The position numbers and the translations under genes are program-made. Source: Camelus ferus (Eukaryota). From it: DNA of 64,000 nucleotides. Numbering within the stretch: position 1 is the first letter of the stretch; every line of letters begins with the position of its first letter. The stretch spans positions 97,838,001 to 97,902,000 of the forward strand of contig NC_045697.1 in NCBI RefSeq assembly GCF_009834535.1, written 5' to 3'. Of this stretch, positions 25,880-37,900 are shown piece after piece. The notes beneath the pieces are model-generated. The model had not been told where the DNA came from, did not search any database, and saw only the letters and a program-made list of their open reading frames with translations.

Positions 25880-26229
25880 GTTTGGTGCAGCCATTATGGA
25901 AAAGAGTATGGAGAGTCCTCAAAAAAATAGAAACAGATATATTATATGATCCAGCAATCCCACTCCTGGGCATATATCCAAAGGAAACTCAAATTCAAAA
26001 AGGTACATGCACCCCAATGTTCATAGCAGCATTATATACAATAGCCAAGACATGGAAATAACCTAAATGTCCATTGACAGATGACTAGATAAAGAAGCTG
26101 TGGTATATTTATACAATGGAATACTACTCAACCAATAAAAAGAATAAAATGCCATTTGCAGCAACATAGATCCAGAGATCATCATTCTAAGTGAAGTTAA
26201 GCCAGAAAGAGAAAGAAAAATACCACATT
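25880..26229 (+). mobile_element. L1 ORF2 C-terminal fragment (degenerate)
   Basis: tatgatccagcaatcccactcctgggcatatatcca...atgcaccccaatgttcatagcagca...atggaatactactca; no poly(A) tail. Confidence 0.9.
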
Positions 26230-26892
26230 ACTGAGATGGCCAATTAACAGTCAAGCGAAATGTAGCTCAATGCTAGTTGAAAGTACGAACCCAACATCTA
26301 TACCAAAGCTTATAGTATATTGAGTATTTGGAAGCAAAATGCAAAAAGGTTAAATAGGTTAAGATCTGGAGTAGCCTTTCATGATTCTGTCTCACTTGCC
26401 TCACTGATTTTCTATTTTGCTGCTGTTTCTTTTTTTTTCTTTTCTTTTCTCATATAGCACTTGTCAAACTAGGAACATTACGTCCAAGACCCACATTTTT
26501 CCAAACATGAACTAGACCAGATTTTATTAATCATCTGTTGATAAGAGAAGAATCTTCACTTTTAAAACAGTGAAGGCAGTTTGAAATAGTCTTAAAAAAA
26601 TAGGAGATAATAGAATAAAAACTTTTCTTACTCCTTCTCACTCTTTTCAGAATTGTCATCTCACTAGTCTACAGAAGGATAATAGGCAGAGTCAAGAACA
26701 CCTACATCCACGCCAGACAAACCACGATATTTCATCTCGGGCTGAAACAAAGCAAATAAGTTCATATAATATAACCAGTAGCATTGTCTCAGGGGTTAAA
26801 ATATACATGAATTTTTTTATATATATAAGTGAATAGCTTTCCAAATTTGCCCCATAGGCTGCCATTTAATGATACAAAAGTGTATGTGTCAA

Positions 26893-27172
26893 CAGACTGA
26901 CAGACATAGAAAACAAACATAGTTACCAGGAAGGGAAGGAGGTGGGAAGGGATAGATTGGGAGTTCGAGATTTGCAGATACTAACTAATATATATAAAAT
27001 AGATAAACAATAAGTTCATGCTATATAGCACAGGGATATCTTGTAGTAACTTATGGGGAAAAAGAATATGAAAACAAATATAGGTATGTTCATGTATGAC
27101 TGAAGCATTATGCTGTACACCAGAAACTGACATGTTGTAAACTGACTATACTTCAATAAACATGTATACAAA
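26893..27172 (+). mobile_element. 5'-truncated camelid-type L1 (3' UTR) with TSD
   Basis: cagacatagaaaacaaac...gctgtacaccagaaactgac...gactatacttcaataaa; 17-bp TSD aaaagtgtatgtgtcaa (26876-26892) / aaaagtttatgtatcaa (27173-27189). Confidence 0.9.
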
Positions 27173-28361
27173 AAAAGTTTATGTATCAATCCAATGAGAA
27201 ATAAGTTTTTCATTAAATTGACACAGCTCTTTGTCAAGAAATGTACCATCTTAAAACAGTTTTCCCCAGAGCAGCTTTCTCTTCTACAGATACCCACAAA
27301 AGTATATAATATAATATATAAAAATGTGTAGTATACAGTCAAGTAAAAGGGTAATTACAACTTAATTAAAAATCTGAACAGGCATCCTCTCCTTGGTAGG
27401 AGTGATAGATGCATAAAATAAATCATTTAGAAAATCAAACTGGTTCGGGGGTGGTGCAAATTTTAGGGGGAAGTATGGGTCAGAGAGTTTAATAGCCTTG
27501 CATTTGCCATCCCCCATTACCCCCACCATTTATGGTAGAAGAGTATGAGGGCTTAAAACATGGCCCTCGAGGAAAGCTATTTTATAAAATTCCAGGTTGC
27601 CTCTAGACCTATAGCATTAAAATCCACCAAAAAAACCCAAAAACCTACACAGGAAAATTGTACATTGGTATTCCTGCCAAGCCACAATTCTGGAGACAAA
27701 CCTTAGAATTTGGAAGGCAATCTTCATAGACTGCCAAGTGGGAAAAAAAACACAACCATTATCCTCATACAGCTTAAAGTTAAATCTGTTGGCGCCAACT
27801 GGATGATGTAGCTCACTCAAACCAAGGAGTTAAAGAACCTAGCCGAGTTTCTAAGGAAAGAGTGAAAGCTGTCTTTCTGGAATAGGTCACATTCCCAGGT
27901 CCTGGGGTAGCTGGAAAGGAAGCCAAAGAAGGGCTATTTCAAACTATTTCTGAGAAGAGTGGGCTAGGAGGTTAATGGGGGACAGGCCTGAGGGTTCAAT
28001 TACCTACCATTTCATATCACTCTAATTAATTGGTGGTGATCAGTTTGGTTTCCAAAAGAAAAATTGTAAACTTCTAAGAGACTTTTAATATAAGCTCTTT
28101 TTGTTTTTCTAAATCTGTTGCTCTGCTCAGCCTGGTGCTGTTTAGAGAGCATGCCCCGTTGAACTGTGGTTAAACCGAACTGCGCACTTGCTAATCTCTG
28201 AGAAAAAGACAAGGCTTTTGTAATTATAAACGTCCATCGTGCTAAAGACTATTGAATCTAGTAGATCACTTTACATAATAGGACCTTTACATCAAACTTC
28301 TATTTTGGGAACTGTCATTAATATTTCCTACAGCCCCACTTCTACAAAGACATTCTTCAGT

Positions 28362-28414
28362 TTATATTGGAGCCCAGTCAATTTATGAAGCTTATGTTGG
28401 AGCCTAGTCAATTT
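28362..28414. repeat. Local duplication with 30-bp period
   Basis: ttatattggagcccagtcaattt (28362-28384) / ttatgttggagcctagtcaattt (28392-28414). Confidence 0.8.
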
Positions 28415-29819
28415 CTCCCACACTCTCCCTGCTTTTTTTGTATAATGACCTCCATTCCCTAAACTCAGTCTCTGTTGTTAATTTCCTGAGGATTGTATAG
28501 AATGCTGCCTAAATGAGAAACATCAGTTTTAAGGATGTAGGCAATGCCTTAATTGATCAGATAAACATGGTCCATTTAGTTTTGCTTTAACTCAGACTTC
28601 AAAGTACCAAGCTGTATGTTTGCTTCATTTTGGCAGAAGCAAAAAGCCTGTAAACTCTTCAGGACGTAAGGAAGCAGTGGAAATTAGGCATCTGCCCAAA
28701 ATCTAGGCTGAAGAATAAACACTTAAAACCCATTTTAATTTCTACTTTGAACTGAAAAGAAAAGGACACATGAGAACATCTGAAGACAGGAAAAGTACAA
28801 TTTTCAAGACCATGAACTTGCACCCATTTGACAGCAGAGGATGTGGTTTCAGGGCCACGGAATACTGGTCTTTCTTCATTAAAGTCCCATCAGCCCTATC
28901 AAGATAAAACACAGGTCCTAAAATCTCCCGCAGTCTTCCACCTGCCATGAGTTAGCACTAGGTAGGGACTTGCCTGGGGAGGGTTTATGTAAGCCCTTCT
29001 GAACTTCAAATAGAGTCTCTCTTTTGAGTAAGCATTTAAAAGAAGATTAAATTTAATTAGACTGTATCTTTTTCCTGGGATATGCTGCCTTCAAAGTTCA
29101 CTTTATCACATTCTTCTACCAAAGCAGAAGCGTACTAATGCTGGCTGGCACAGGGCACGTTCAAGATGCAGGAGGAAGAGAAGGAGATATTTATATACTC
29201 ATTTATCCCCTGGGAGTATTTTGGAACCAGCTGACATCGGACATCCATGCCAGCCCCAGCAACACACCTAATTACTGCTCAAGGATCAACTGGGACATGT
29301 GACAACTGGGAGGAGCCACCAGAGTCTCCCACTCCCCTGTCTGAGCCAGCAGGTAGAGTCACCAGGGGTTCTATCATCTACTCACACCCTATTTCTTTCC
29401 TTTTTGATGTTCTCTCATTCTCTGAATTTATTCATAATAACTACACCTCAATAGTAGTTAGTAAGAACCCACTTATGAGAAGCATTTGTTTTATCCTGAA
29501 ACCTAGGTATGATTTAATTAATGATCATCTCAGCCTAATTTGCTTTTAAAGCTATGTTTACACATTTACTATCAATACTATTTATTTGAACAAAATCAGT
29601 GTCAGTAGTTTTAAAGGGATTCATGGGAAGCAAATACCATAATCACTGTTCAAGAAATATTAAATCACATAGAAAATCACTTCAGGTAAGATTTGGTAAT
29701 CATAATTTTTACTGGTAGATTTTTGAGAAGAGAGAAAGAAATATGACAAAGAGAAAGCAGGCATTTAAAAAAAAAAAGAGAGAGAGATAAAAGTCAGCGT
29801 TTTCAACCTGGTACTAAGG

Positions 29820-30660
29820 ACTCATTCCTCTTAAAGGGGAAAAGAAATGCAGCTGCCTCACGGTGCCTTTGGTTATATCAATTTTGTTGGGAAGCACAGA
29901 TGAATGTGGTTTTCTCTCTTCTTAATTATGTTGTTGATTTAGCCAGGATGTGATGCATTTTACCAACCTTTCCCTACCCAGACACATCTTTTACAAAGAT
30001 AAAGAAGAAAGAAAACGAACAATTTTTAAAGCAATTCCTTCTTTATTTGGGTGTGTTTTCCGGCAATGCTGGGCTGTCTGTGCAGCCCTGGCTGCGGGCT
30101 TGCTGTTCACTTCTCTGGCCTCTAAGGCTCCCCGACTGCTTGGACAGGAGGAGGCAGAAGGGTTGTTTGTGATTTTTTCAGTTTTTTTTTTCACTGAAAT
30201 GACAGTGCACAGCAGTCTAGTCTATTCTTTCATTTTTCACTGGTGCAGGGGTGCACAGTCACTCAGCCAAGGAAACCACCGGCGGCTAAAGGCAGCAAAG
30301 AGGTAAAAAAGGAGCAGGCCAGCCTGGCCTTTCTTTGGGGCCTGAAACGGCCTGAAGTTAATTGCTCGCATAAGAAGAATAACTGGTGGTGCTGTAATTG
30401 AATTTTTATGGAAATAAACAGGTGGCAGATTTACTATAGCTGTGGGGATAGTAGGGGGCGAAATGCTGTAGCCACATTAACCTGTTTAATTTAATAGCTT
30501 CAGTACTCATAGGGAAAAAAAAAAAGGCAATGTTGCTCCTGGAGTCAGCTGGATGCCAAATGTAAATAACTACAATTACCCTCACATGCCCATGTGGTTG
30601 AGCCAAAAAAGGGCACGGTGCCAGCTTTGAATGGGTTTTCATGTTTATTAATTAAGCTCC
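29820..30660. promoter_or_regulatory. Putative conserved non-coding element / enhancer
   Basis: No recognisable repeat; dense TAAT/TTTATGG, TAAACA and CAGGTG motifs (e.g. gtaattgaatttttatggaaataaacaggtggcag). Conservation is inferred, not measured. Confidence 0.4.
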
Positions 30661-31164
30661 TGAAACTATTAAGTTTCAAAATAAAAAATAAATTTTAAAA
30701 CCTGGAAAAAGAGGCAGAGGAAAGAATTTGACAAAGGAAATCTGACCACTGACAGACGGATGGACAGTCAGGCAGACAGACAGACAAAAGCTCTGCTTCC
30801 ATTAAAGGCACAGTATGAGTCTATGACAGGGAGATTTTACTGAGAGTCTCCACTGGTTATGGGAAGAATGAACAAAACGCTAGCTTTGCACCATGCTTCC
30901 CCCCAGTGGCCAAGTTTTGGAAATGCACTTTTATAGTAAGGAAAGGAAAACGGGACCATCTGGGTGAAATATGCAAAGAACATCATTAGCTTATTAATGT
31001 ACCTGATGTTTACTTTTAAGCCAAATAATAAAATGGAGAGTTTGTATTTAATTTTTTGCAAATTTGAAAAAATATGTATATTACATATAAAATATATATA
31101 CTTTTTTTTTTTTACATTAGGGATTGAAACACATTTAAAAAAAAAAAAAGTTAAATGTTCATAA

Positions 31165-31270
31165 GAGACAGAGCACTTACTATCAGCGAGGCACCCCACC
31201 AGCATTGTGAACACAAAGGTGAATGAAACAAGAGTGTCCTCTGCCAAATTTCACAGGTCTGGAGGGTGGA
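31165..31270 (-). mobile_element. L2 fragment
   Basis: gagcacttactatcagcgaggcac...cacaaaggtgaatgaaacaagagtgtcctctgcc. Confidence 0.5.
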
Positions 31271-31704
31271 CAGATTTCCAGCTGAGCAAATCAAATATAA
31301 AGCAGAGTTTTCTAAGTACTGAAAGTCATCTCAAAGAAATGCGGGGATGGGAGTAAAACAGAGAGAATCAGAAAGTCATTGGATAAATGAGAAACATTTT
31401 AAACTTTATTTGAATCACCAGATCCAATACTTAGTAGCCAACATTATCAGAACAGAGGAACTGAGCAAAACATTACAATCCAAGTTGGAATGTTCTGCGT
31501 TTATTTTTACTATTTTAGAGTAAGCTAGGAAAAAGTGAGAGGGCCTAACGAGGTGCTCTATTTTTCTATCAGTTTTGTTTCTTGTTTTTTATTTTTTTAA
31601 GCCCATAAACCTTTAGTGAATTCTTGGCAGTGCATCATGTGATACTGACTGCCTCCCAGGGGCACCTGCGCCTTATCTGCCGGATTCCTTCAGGGCACAG
31701 TGCC

Positions 31705-32836
31705 AGGCTCTTCTCTCCTCACTGAGCATTTCTCCACACCTCTGGCCTCACTTCCCACCTATGGGCCAGTGACCTCCATCTTTATTATTTATTTCATCAC
31801 CAAACCAGTTCTCATCCCTCATCTTTATGTCTAATTTTTCACTCAACATTTTCCCATGTGTCATGCCCCTTAATCTCTACGGGCCCAAGAATTAACATAT
31901 AATCATTGCCCCAGTTTTATTCTCACTCAGTGATACGCAGGTAGATAGACAGATAGACAGATATTTTCCACTGAATCCAGATTATAATAAAGCAAATGAG
32001 CCAAAAATTAGACCTACTCCAGCCAGTTCAGATAGTATATACACATACATAGATACAGATAGATAATCTTTTGCTATACAAGCCAGAAATATGAGAATAT
32101 TGCTTTACATTTTCCACTGCTGCCTGCCCAATATGCAATCCATCATCAACAGACCATCACCAATCCTGTTAAGAGCGCCTCCTAGATGTCTCATAAATCT
32201 ACCCCCCTATTTCTATGTCCATACCACAAGCTCGCATTTGGATTGCTGCAACAGCTCAATAACATACCTTGGCACTCTGCAGAAACCTCTATTGCAGCCA
32301 GAGAAGTCTTTTAAATATCTGATTGTGACATCTTCCCTACTAATAACCATGCACTTGACTTTAGGGATAGTCAGATAGGAGCAAATCCTGCACGTTTAGC
32401 CCCCGTCTACTACTTCAGGCTCTTCTCTTGCCACTTTGCCCCTCACACCCATCACTCCAAGTATACGTCTTTCATTTGGTTCCTCAAGCACACACTCCTT
32501 TCCTGCTGTCTACAGTGTTTTGGCCCTTCCCTTTACCTAGCTAACACCTATCTCTGCCTCAGAGCTCGTCTAAGTGTCACTTGCTAAAGGAGGACTTTGC
32601 TCATCTTCCCTCCTCCAAATCCCCTCTACACACACATACACACAAACACCAGGACAATACAGGGGTCTCCTACAAAACAAGCTCATAGAATTATCTTGAG
32701 CAGTGCCAGTCTCCCCAACCAAAATATCTGTGCCACAAAAGCAAAGGCATGTCAGGATTTGCTCATAATTATACCCTTGACATGTAGCACAGGGCAGGAA
32801 CCTTGGTTGGTACCAAATAAATTTGTATGAAATGGA
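31705..32836 (+). mobile_element. Fragmented L2, with a (GATA/GACA)n-containing insert near 31935-32065
   Basis: caagccagaaatatgagaat...tggattgctgcaacagc...tgcagccagagaagtcttttaaa...tagcacagggcagg...aataaatttgtatgaaatg. Confidence 0.65.
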
Positions 32837-34803
32837 TAACTGGGTATAATTTATAATCACTCAATATCTCTCCATGTCTTCCAAGCATGTTCATCTTCTA
32901 GATGACCTAAATAGAGACATGAGAATAATCATCTTTTATGCTTTTGATGATGTCTTTAATTTTTGTGATTCACCTCTGGATGCAATACCTTTGGATTTTA
33001 GTACTTTGGTAGGTAAAGACAACTCCAGAAGCTTAGCTTTTCCAATCATAATAGCCCTACTCATGGTACAGGGACCCAATAGGGGAATCGTGCCAATTGC
33101 TTAAGAGACGTATTCCTCTCATGTATTCAGAAAAACAACTGCAGGACTGGACCACCTAGAGGCAGACTCAGATGAAAACTCCATCTATAACTGGAGGTAC
33201 AATTTGCTGTTCCAATCAGTAGTTTTCTTAGTCTTCAGGAATTAGGTAGCTCAGAATCAGTGTTTATCAGTATCTCAAAGCTCCGGGGTTTTTTTTTCCC
33301 CCTTTCCCAGGGCATGTCTTGTATATATAGTTACTATATGGAATGTTACAGCTCTTTTGCATTCTATTCATATACAGATACTACCTAGCGTGAAATGTCT
33401 GTGTAGCCGGATTCTAGGATGTGTTTGTAGCAGCGTGACCTGAAATGCAAGCAGTCTATTTTTGTTACAAAGTCAAAACAATAACGTTTGGTACCTGAAA
33501 ATGTTTATGTGAATGTTGACCCCTGCAAGCCCATTACCCTTAGGATGTAATAGTGCTATTCTTAATGCTTGCTAGATCGTTGGCATGAAAGAGCGATAGT
33601 TCTTTGAAATTCTTTCTCCAAAAAGACAGCATTTCCCAGCCACTCTGAATAAACCCAGAACAAAGAATAGGCTAACCAGAGGAAGGGCTGTTTATCTGCA
33701 ATACAGAGGAAATGGCCACAGATTTTTTTGGTGAAGTCTAGGAAGGCGATTTATTGCACATGCAGGTGATATTATTGCCAAGCCCATCATCAAGTAATTC
33801 TTGATTATGGAGATAACTCAAAGCTGAGAACTGAGTGAAAATGAGAGACTCCCTGTAACGGTGGACCATGTCAGGCGTATACTTCCCAGTTGTGGAGTGT
33901 TTTCCACAACACAAATCAAGAAGGACTAGCACATATTTCAAACAAGGGGCCCTACGAGCCACCAAGCACTACCAAAAATTCCTGTAATTCAGAACATTCC
34001 GACTGATGAATCTGCCCTGCTGCATATTATGGTAACCACAACAATTTTACTTTTGAATGCTGCCATGTGGCCCCAGTGACCCTACAGAAGTTTCCTCCTC
34101 ATTTCAATCAGGGAAACCATCTCAACCATAGCATCTGCCACCAACACCCTGAGCCTAGAGCCTAGAAAGGACAGTAGCACAAACTGTTCAAAACTTCTGC
34201 CACTCCCCTCACCAGCACATTTCTTAAGAACTTGGTACTGATCCTGAACCTCTTGGGGGACAAACTGGAGTGACAGTGATTTGTATATGACAGTTTTACT
34301 CCAGAGCACTTGCTACCCTTCTCTGTGTTATTTATAAGGATTTCTAGAATCTCAGCTTTACTGTCCTAAGTCTTCAGTGAATTCAGATGATAGTCAAGCA
34401 AATGAGCCAAGGATCAGACACACTCCTGCCAGCTCAGACTGGATACGACCACCTCTTTGAAAAACTATGCTTTATCTGTTCAAGGTCAATCACTCTTTTT
34501 TTTTTTTTTTCAATCACTCTTATTAGTCTTACTGTTCTTACATATAGACTCAAGTTTTGTGAAAAAATAAAAGGAAAAAGCTTCTCCACCCAGGCTTTAC
34601 AACACAATTGACTCCTCTGGGACATGTCGGCATCTAACCAGTAGTTAGAAGCCTGGAGATAATGGGAGACCTGTAGGTTCCAGGTGGTGAATTGGCTCTC
34701 CCTTACAAAGTCAGCCCTGGAGAAAAAGAAATCCAGCCTCCAGACAAGAAGAAGAGACTGGCCCTACCAAACAAGGTAAAAGACACTTCTGAAATCCCAA
34801 GCA

Positions 34804-35000
34804 CAGTGATGTGCTGGTAAATGTTTAACAACCCACTCTCCAGCAAGAGGGGGATAGGGAGTTCTGACCTGTAACATTTAAAATACTTCCACCATAGTTG
34901 ACTTCAAGTTGTCCACGTGACATCACTGAGCATGGGAATGGGAAGAGGTAATGCACTCAGCCCTCATGAGCCATAAAGAGCTGGCCCCAACACACCACTG
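34804..35000 (-). mobile_element. MER63A-like hAT-Blackjack non-autonomous DNA transposon
   Basis: TIRs cagtgatgtgctgg / ccaacacaccactg; internal ggtaaatgtttaacaacc and ttcaagttgtccacgtgacatcactga match recalled MER63A. Confidence 0.85.
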
Positions 35001-35650
35001 CAGACGGGAGGAAAAGCCTGGGGTTCAGGGCATTGCAAGTCTTTAGAATCAGCTCACGTGGTCCAGTTCTGATGCCTAGGATTCTACATTTTTCTGGCCA
35101 GTGCTGCCACTCTCACATAATGACCAGCAGGATTGTAAAGTTCATTGGTATTATAATTCAGCAAACCTATCAAACCCTGAGTTTCATTTGCAAGTACATG
35201 GAAGTTGAAAGAAGCTGAGAGAATGGAGACTCTTTTAGCATTGTTAGAGTTCCTGAGATCCAGTCTTCCCCATAACCAAGAATTTAAGGGGAGAAACTTA
35301 TTACCTTTGTCAGATGTTCAATGTTCTCAAAACATTCCCAGTACGCCCAAAGTCTTCTATTTTATCTGTTTAATGACACTGGTAATTTAGTTAAGTTTGG
35401 GGGTAAGTTTCCCCAAAGCCTTCAAGAATAGGCATTTCATTCCAAGGGAGTCTTTCATTCCAGAGACCAGAGGCTTTGTTTCATTAGCTCTTCATCACAG
35501 TACGCAATGGGCTGCCAGAGTCCTGTCACCAAAGACGAACAGAATTCATTGTTTTCATCCCCAGTCTGATACTGAGTCCTACATCCTCACTCTTCACCCC
35601 ACTTTCCCTAAGGATCCACTGCATTAAACCCATTCCCAAGTACCACTTTC

Positions 35651-36330
35651 TATATCAGTGAGGTCTTTAACTCAAAGGAACGTAACCCAAATGTGTTTCA
35701 ATTAAGGGATGAAAGACATTTACAGAAAAGATATTAGTTAGCTCACAGAATTACATGAAACTTGGAAAACCAGGCTCAGAAACTAAGAAGGAGAGAGGAA
35801 GGGTGTGGCTCAGAGGTAGAGTGTGAGCTTAGCATGCATGAGGTCCTGGGTTCAATCCCCAGTGCCTCTGTGAGAAGTAAATAAATAAACCTAATTACCT
35901 CTCCCTCCAAAAAACTAAACAATACATAAACAAAAATAAATAAATAAATAAATAAAATGTACAATTTAAAAGAAAGAGAGGAAGAAAGTAGGAAGAAATC
36001 AAAGAGATGAGTCAACAGAAAACACTGCAGAGGAAAAGTCCAGTTTGGGACACCATGGACTCGAGTGTCTGCGTCCCAGGCTCTGTTCTGTGGCTGCCAC
36101 TCCTCTGTTAAGAATTTCTCTTCTGTCCCCAGGTAGGATCATCTGACTGCCAAGCCAAGACTGCATACCTGGCCCTAGGTGCCTGGGCGTAGAAAGACAT
36201 AGCATCTGATCTCTTCATCCCTGTGCATGAACCCTGCCTTCTGCCAAGATGTGAAAACTCAAGAATTCACCCTTAGCAGAAAGAGCACTCAGATGACTTA
36301 TAGTCCACAACCATGACAACAGTACTCGAT
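35651..36330 (-). mobile_element. Old MLT1 MaLR LTR remnant, interrupted by a SINE
   Basis: tatcagtgaggtctttaactcaaaggaacgtaacccaaa...tagctcacagaatt...ccaggctcagaaa; right boundary approximate. Confidence 0.45.
35796..35969 (+). mobile_element. Camelid tRNA-derived SINE (vic-1-like)
   Basis: A box tggctcagagg, B box ggttcaatccc, aaataaacctaattacctc, (AAAT)n tail; TSD aagaaggagag (35785-35795) / aagaaagagag (35970-35980). Confidence 0.92.
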
Positions 36331-37399
36331 AGGAACTGTGCACTTGCATAGCATAGTTTCAAAGAATGGGGAAGAGAAAAAGAGATTACAAAAAAGAGAA
36401 AAGCAAAGAAAGAGGAAAGATGACAGAAACTGCAGACTAATCTTTCAAGAACTTTTGTAGGAATAGAAGCAACAGCAGCCGGAAAGGCAATTAGTTTTGG
36501 AAGCAACGTTTTGTTTCTTTTCCTTTCTACGGGGTAAATGCAAGTCAATCAGAGGATGTATTTAAGAGAAAAAGGCTGAATATTTTAGTAATTAAGGAAT
36601 AACTGAAGAATGAATAGAAGGATAAAATTAATAACACATGTGTCTGGATTAACTTTATAAAGAAGGAGGGTAAATTTCTCCCTAAAACTGGGGAAAGTGA
36701 GGGAATTAATGAAGTTGAGGATAGTATGAGTTGGAGGGGCAGGTTGCAATTGTTTATTGATGTAATTCTCTCAGACAGCCTTGATCTGTTTCCTCTTACA
36801 GATCAGAGTGTGTTCAGTATTAAAGGCAGAGTTAGGAATGGGCGGATGAGTGGGAACATTGAGAAAAGCTACTCTGAAAAGTAATAATGAATTAGGCTCG
36901 AATACATGATCTGCTAGTGGAATTGAGGACCCCTTCCTATTTGAAAAAGCTGTCTCTGAATACTCACCGAAGTTGGGCTGATAATTTTTCCATTGGGGGA
37001 AAAAGGAAAAGTATATACTGAATTCAGCTTCCCCACTCTGGTAACAGCCTTCAATGTAATTATACAAACAACAGATGCAGAAGAAAATATTAGCCAGACA
37101 CCCACACACATCAAATGCACAGATACCTTCTTGTAGTTATAGTAAGTAGAATAAAATATTGCAGGAGCATGAAATGATGCTGACAGATGGTAAATGAGTA
37201 CCAAATTTCCGTGTCTGGGACAGCTTTCTCTTTGGTTTTGCGGTGCCTTTGATGGCTACTTAAAGGAACGAGAATTTAACCACCCATTAAGAGGACACAT
37301 CAGGCCTCAGTTTCACCTTGGTCTTCTGAGGTTTGTCTCTCCCCCACAGAATCTTCCAGGTGCATTCTGTAATGACACTCTATCAAGCCGCTGAGACCA

Positions 37400-37900
37400 A
37401 CTGCCAAAGCCCAATCTGCCATGGGCATCTTCCTAGAAGAAAAGGCTGTTTCATTAGGGCCGGTCATTCGTCCCAGCCCACACCGTGCCTGCTTCTGATC
37501 TTCCCCTGTTAAAAACAGAACACACTGGAGGAAGATTGTGCTATATTTCATGAGTGCTCTGTGCCACTGCCAAGGGACGGTTCCATCTGTTATTTGCTCT
37601 CAGCTTTGCTTACTGATAAAACAGGAAGGACAGCTTGCTGATGGGCTCTTTGAAGCAAATGGCTCCTCTCTTTCCTGCAATGAATGTTTATAAATTATTT
37701 CTACAGTAGACAGTATGCACAGTACCAAGATTTCGAAATTAGTTTCAATAAATTAAGGGCCTTCATGGATTACAAGAGGAGCCCAACCCCGACGCATACC
37801 ACGGCGCGCTGCCTTTTGTGAAAATTGCTGCATGAAATCGAACCCTGTCATTAATTCCGTTGATTATCATCCCCTCCTAAGATCTTAAGATTGTGGGTTC
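37400..37900. promoter_or_regulatory. Putative conserved non-coding element / enhancer
   Basis: Repeat-free; homeodomain/TALE-type motifs (caataaattaa, ctgtcattaatt, tgtttataaatta) and a local CpG cluster (ccgacgcataccacggcgcgc). Conservation not measured. Confidence 0.4.

Noticed and set aside
26230..26340. Possible mitochondrial tRNA-like insert (atgtagctcaatgctag)
   Set aside because: Only a few matching bases; no cloverleaf or flanking mitochondrial sequence recognisable.
35796..35870. tRNA gene
   Set aside because: A and B boxes belong to a SINE with an A-rich tail and TSDs; the same applies to 20550-20682.
37703..37727. Resemblance to miR-199-3p (acagtag...tgcaca)
   Set aside because: Only partial similarity and no complementary 5p arm or hairpin visible.
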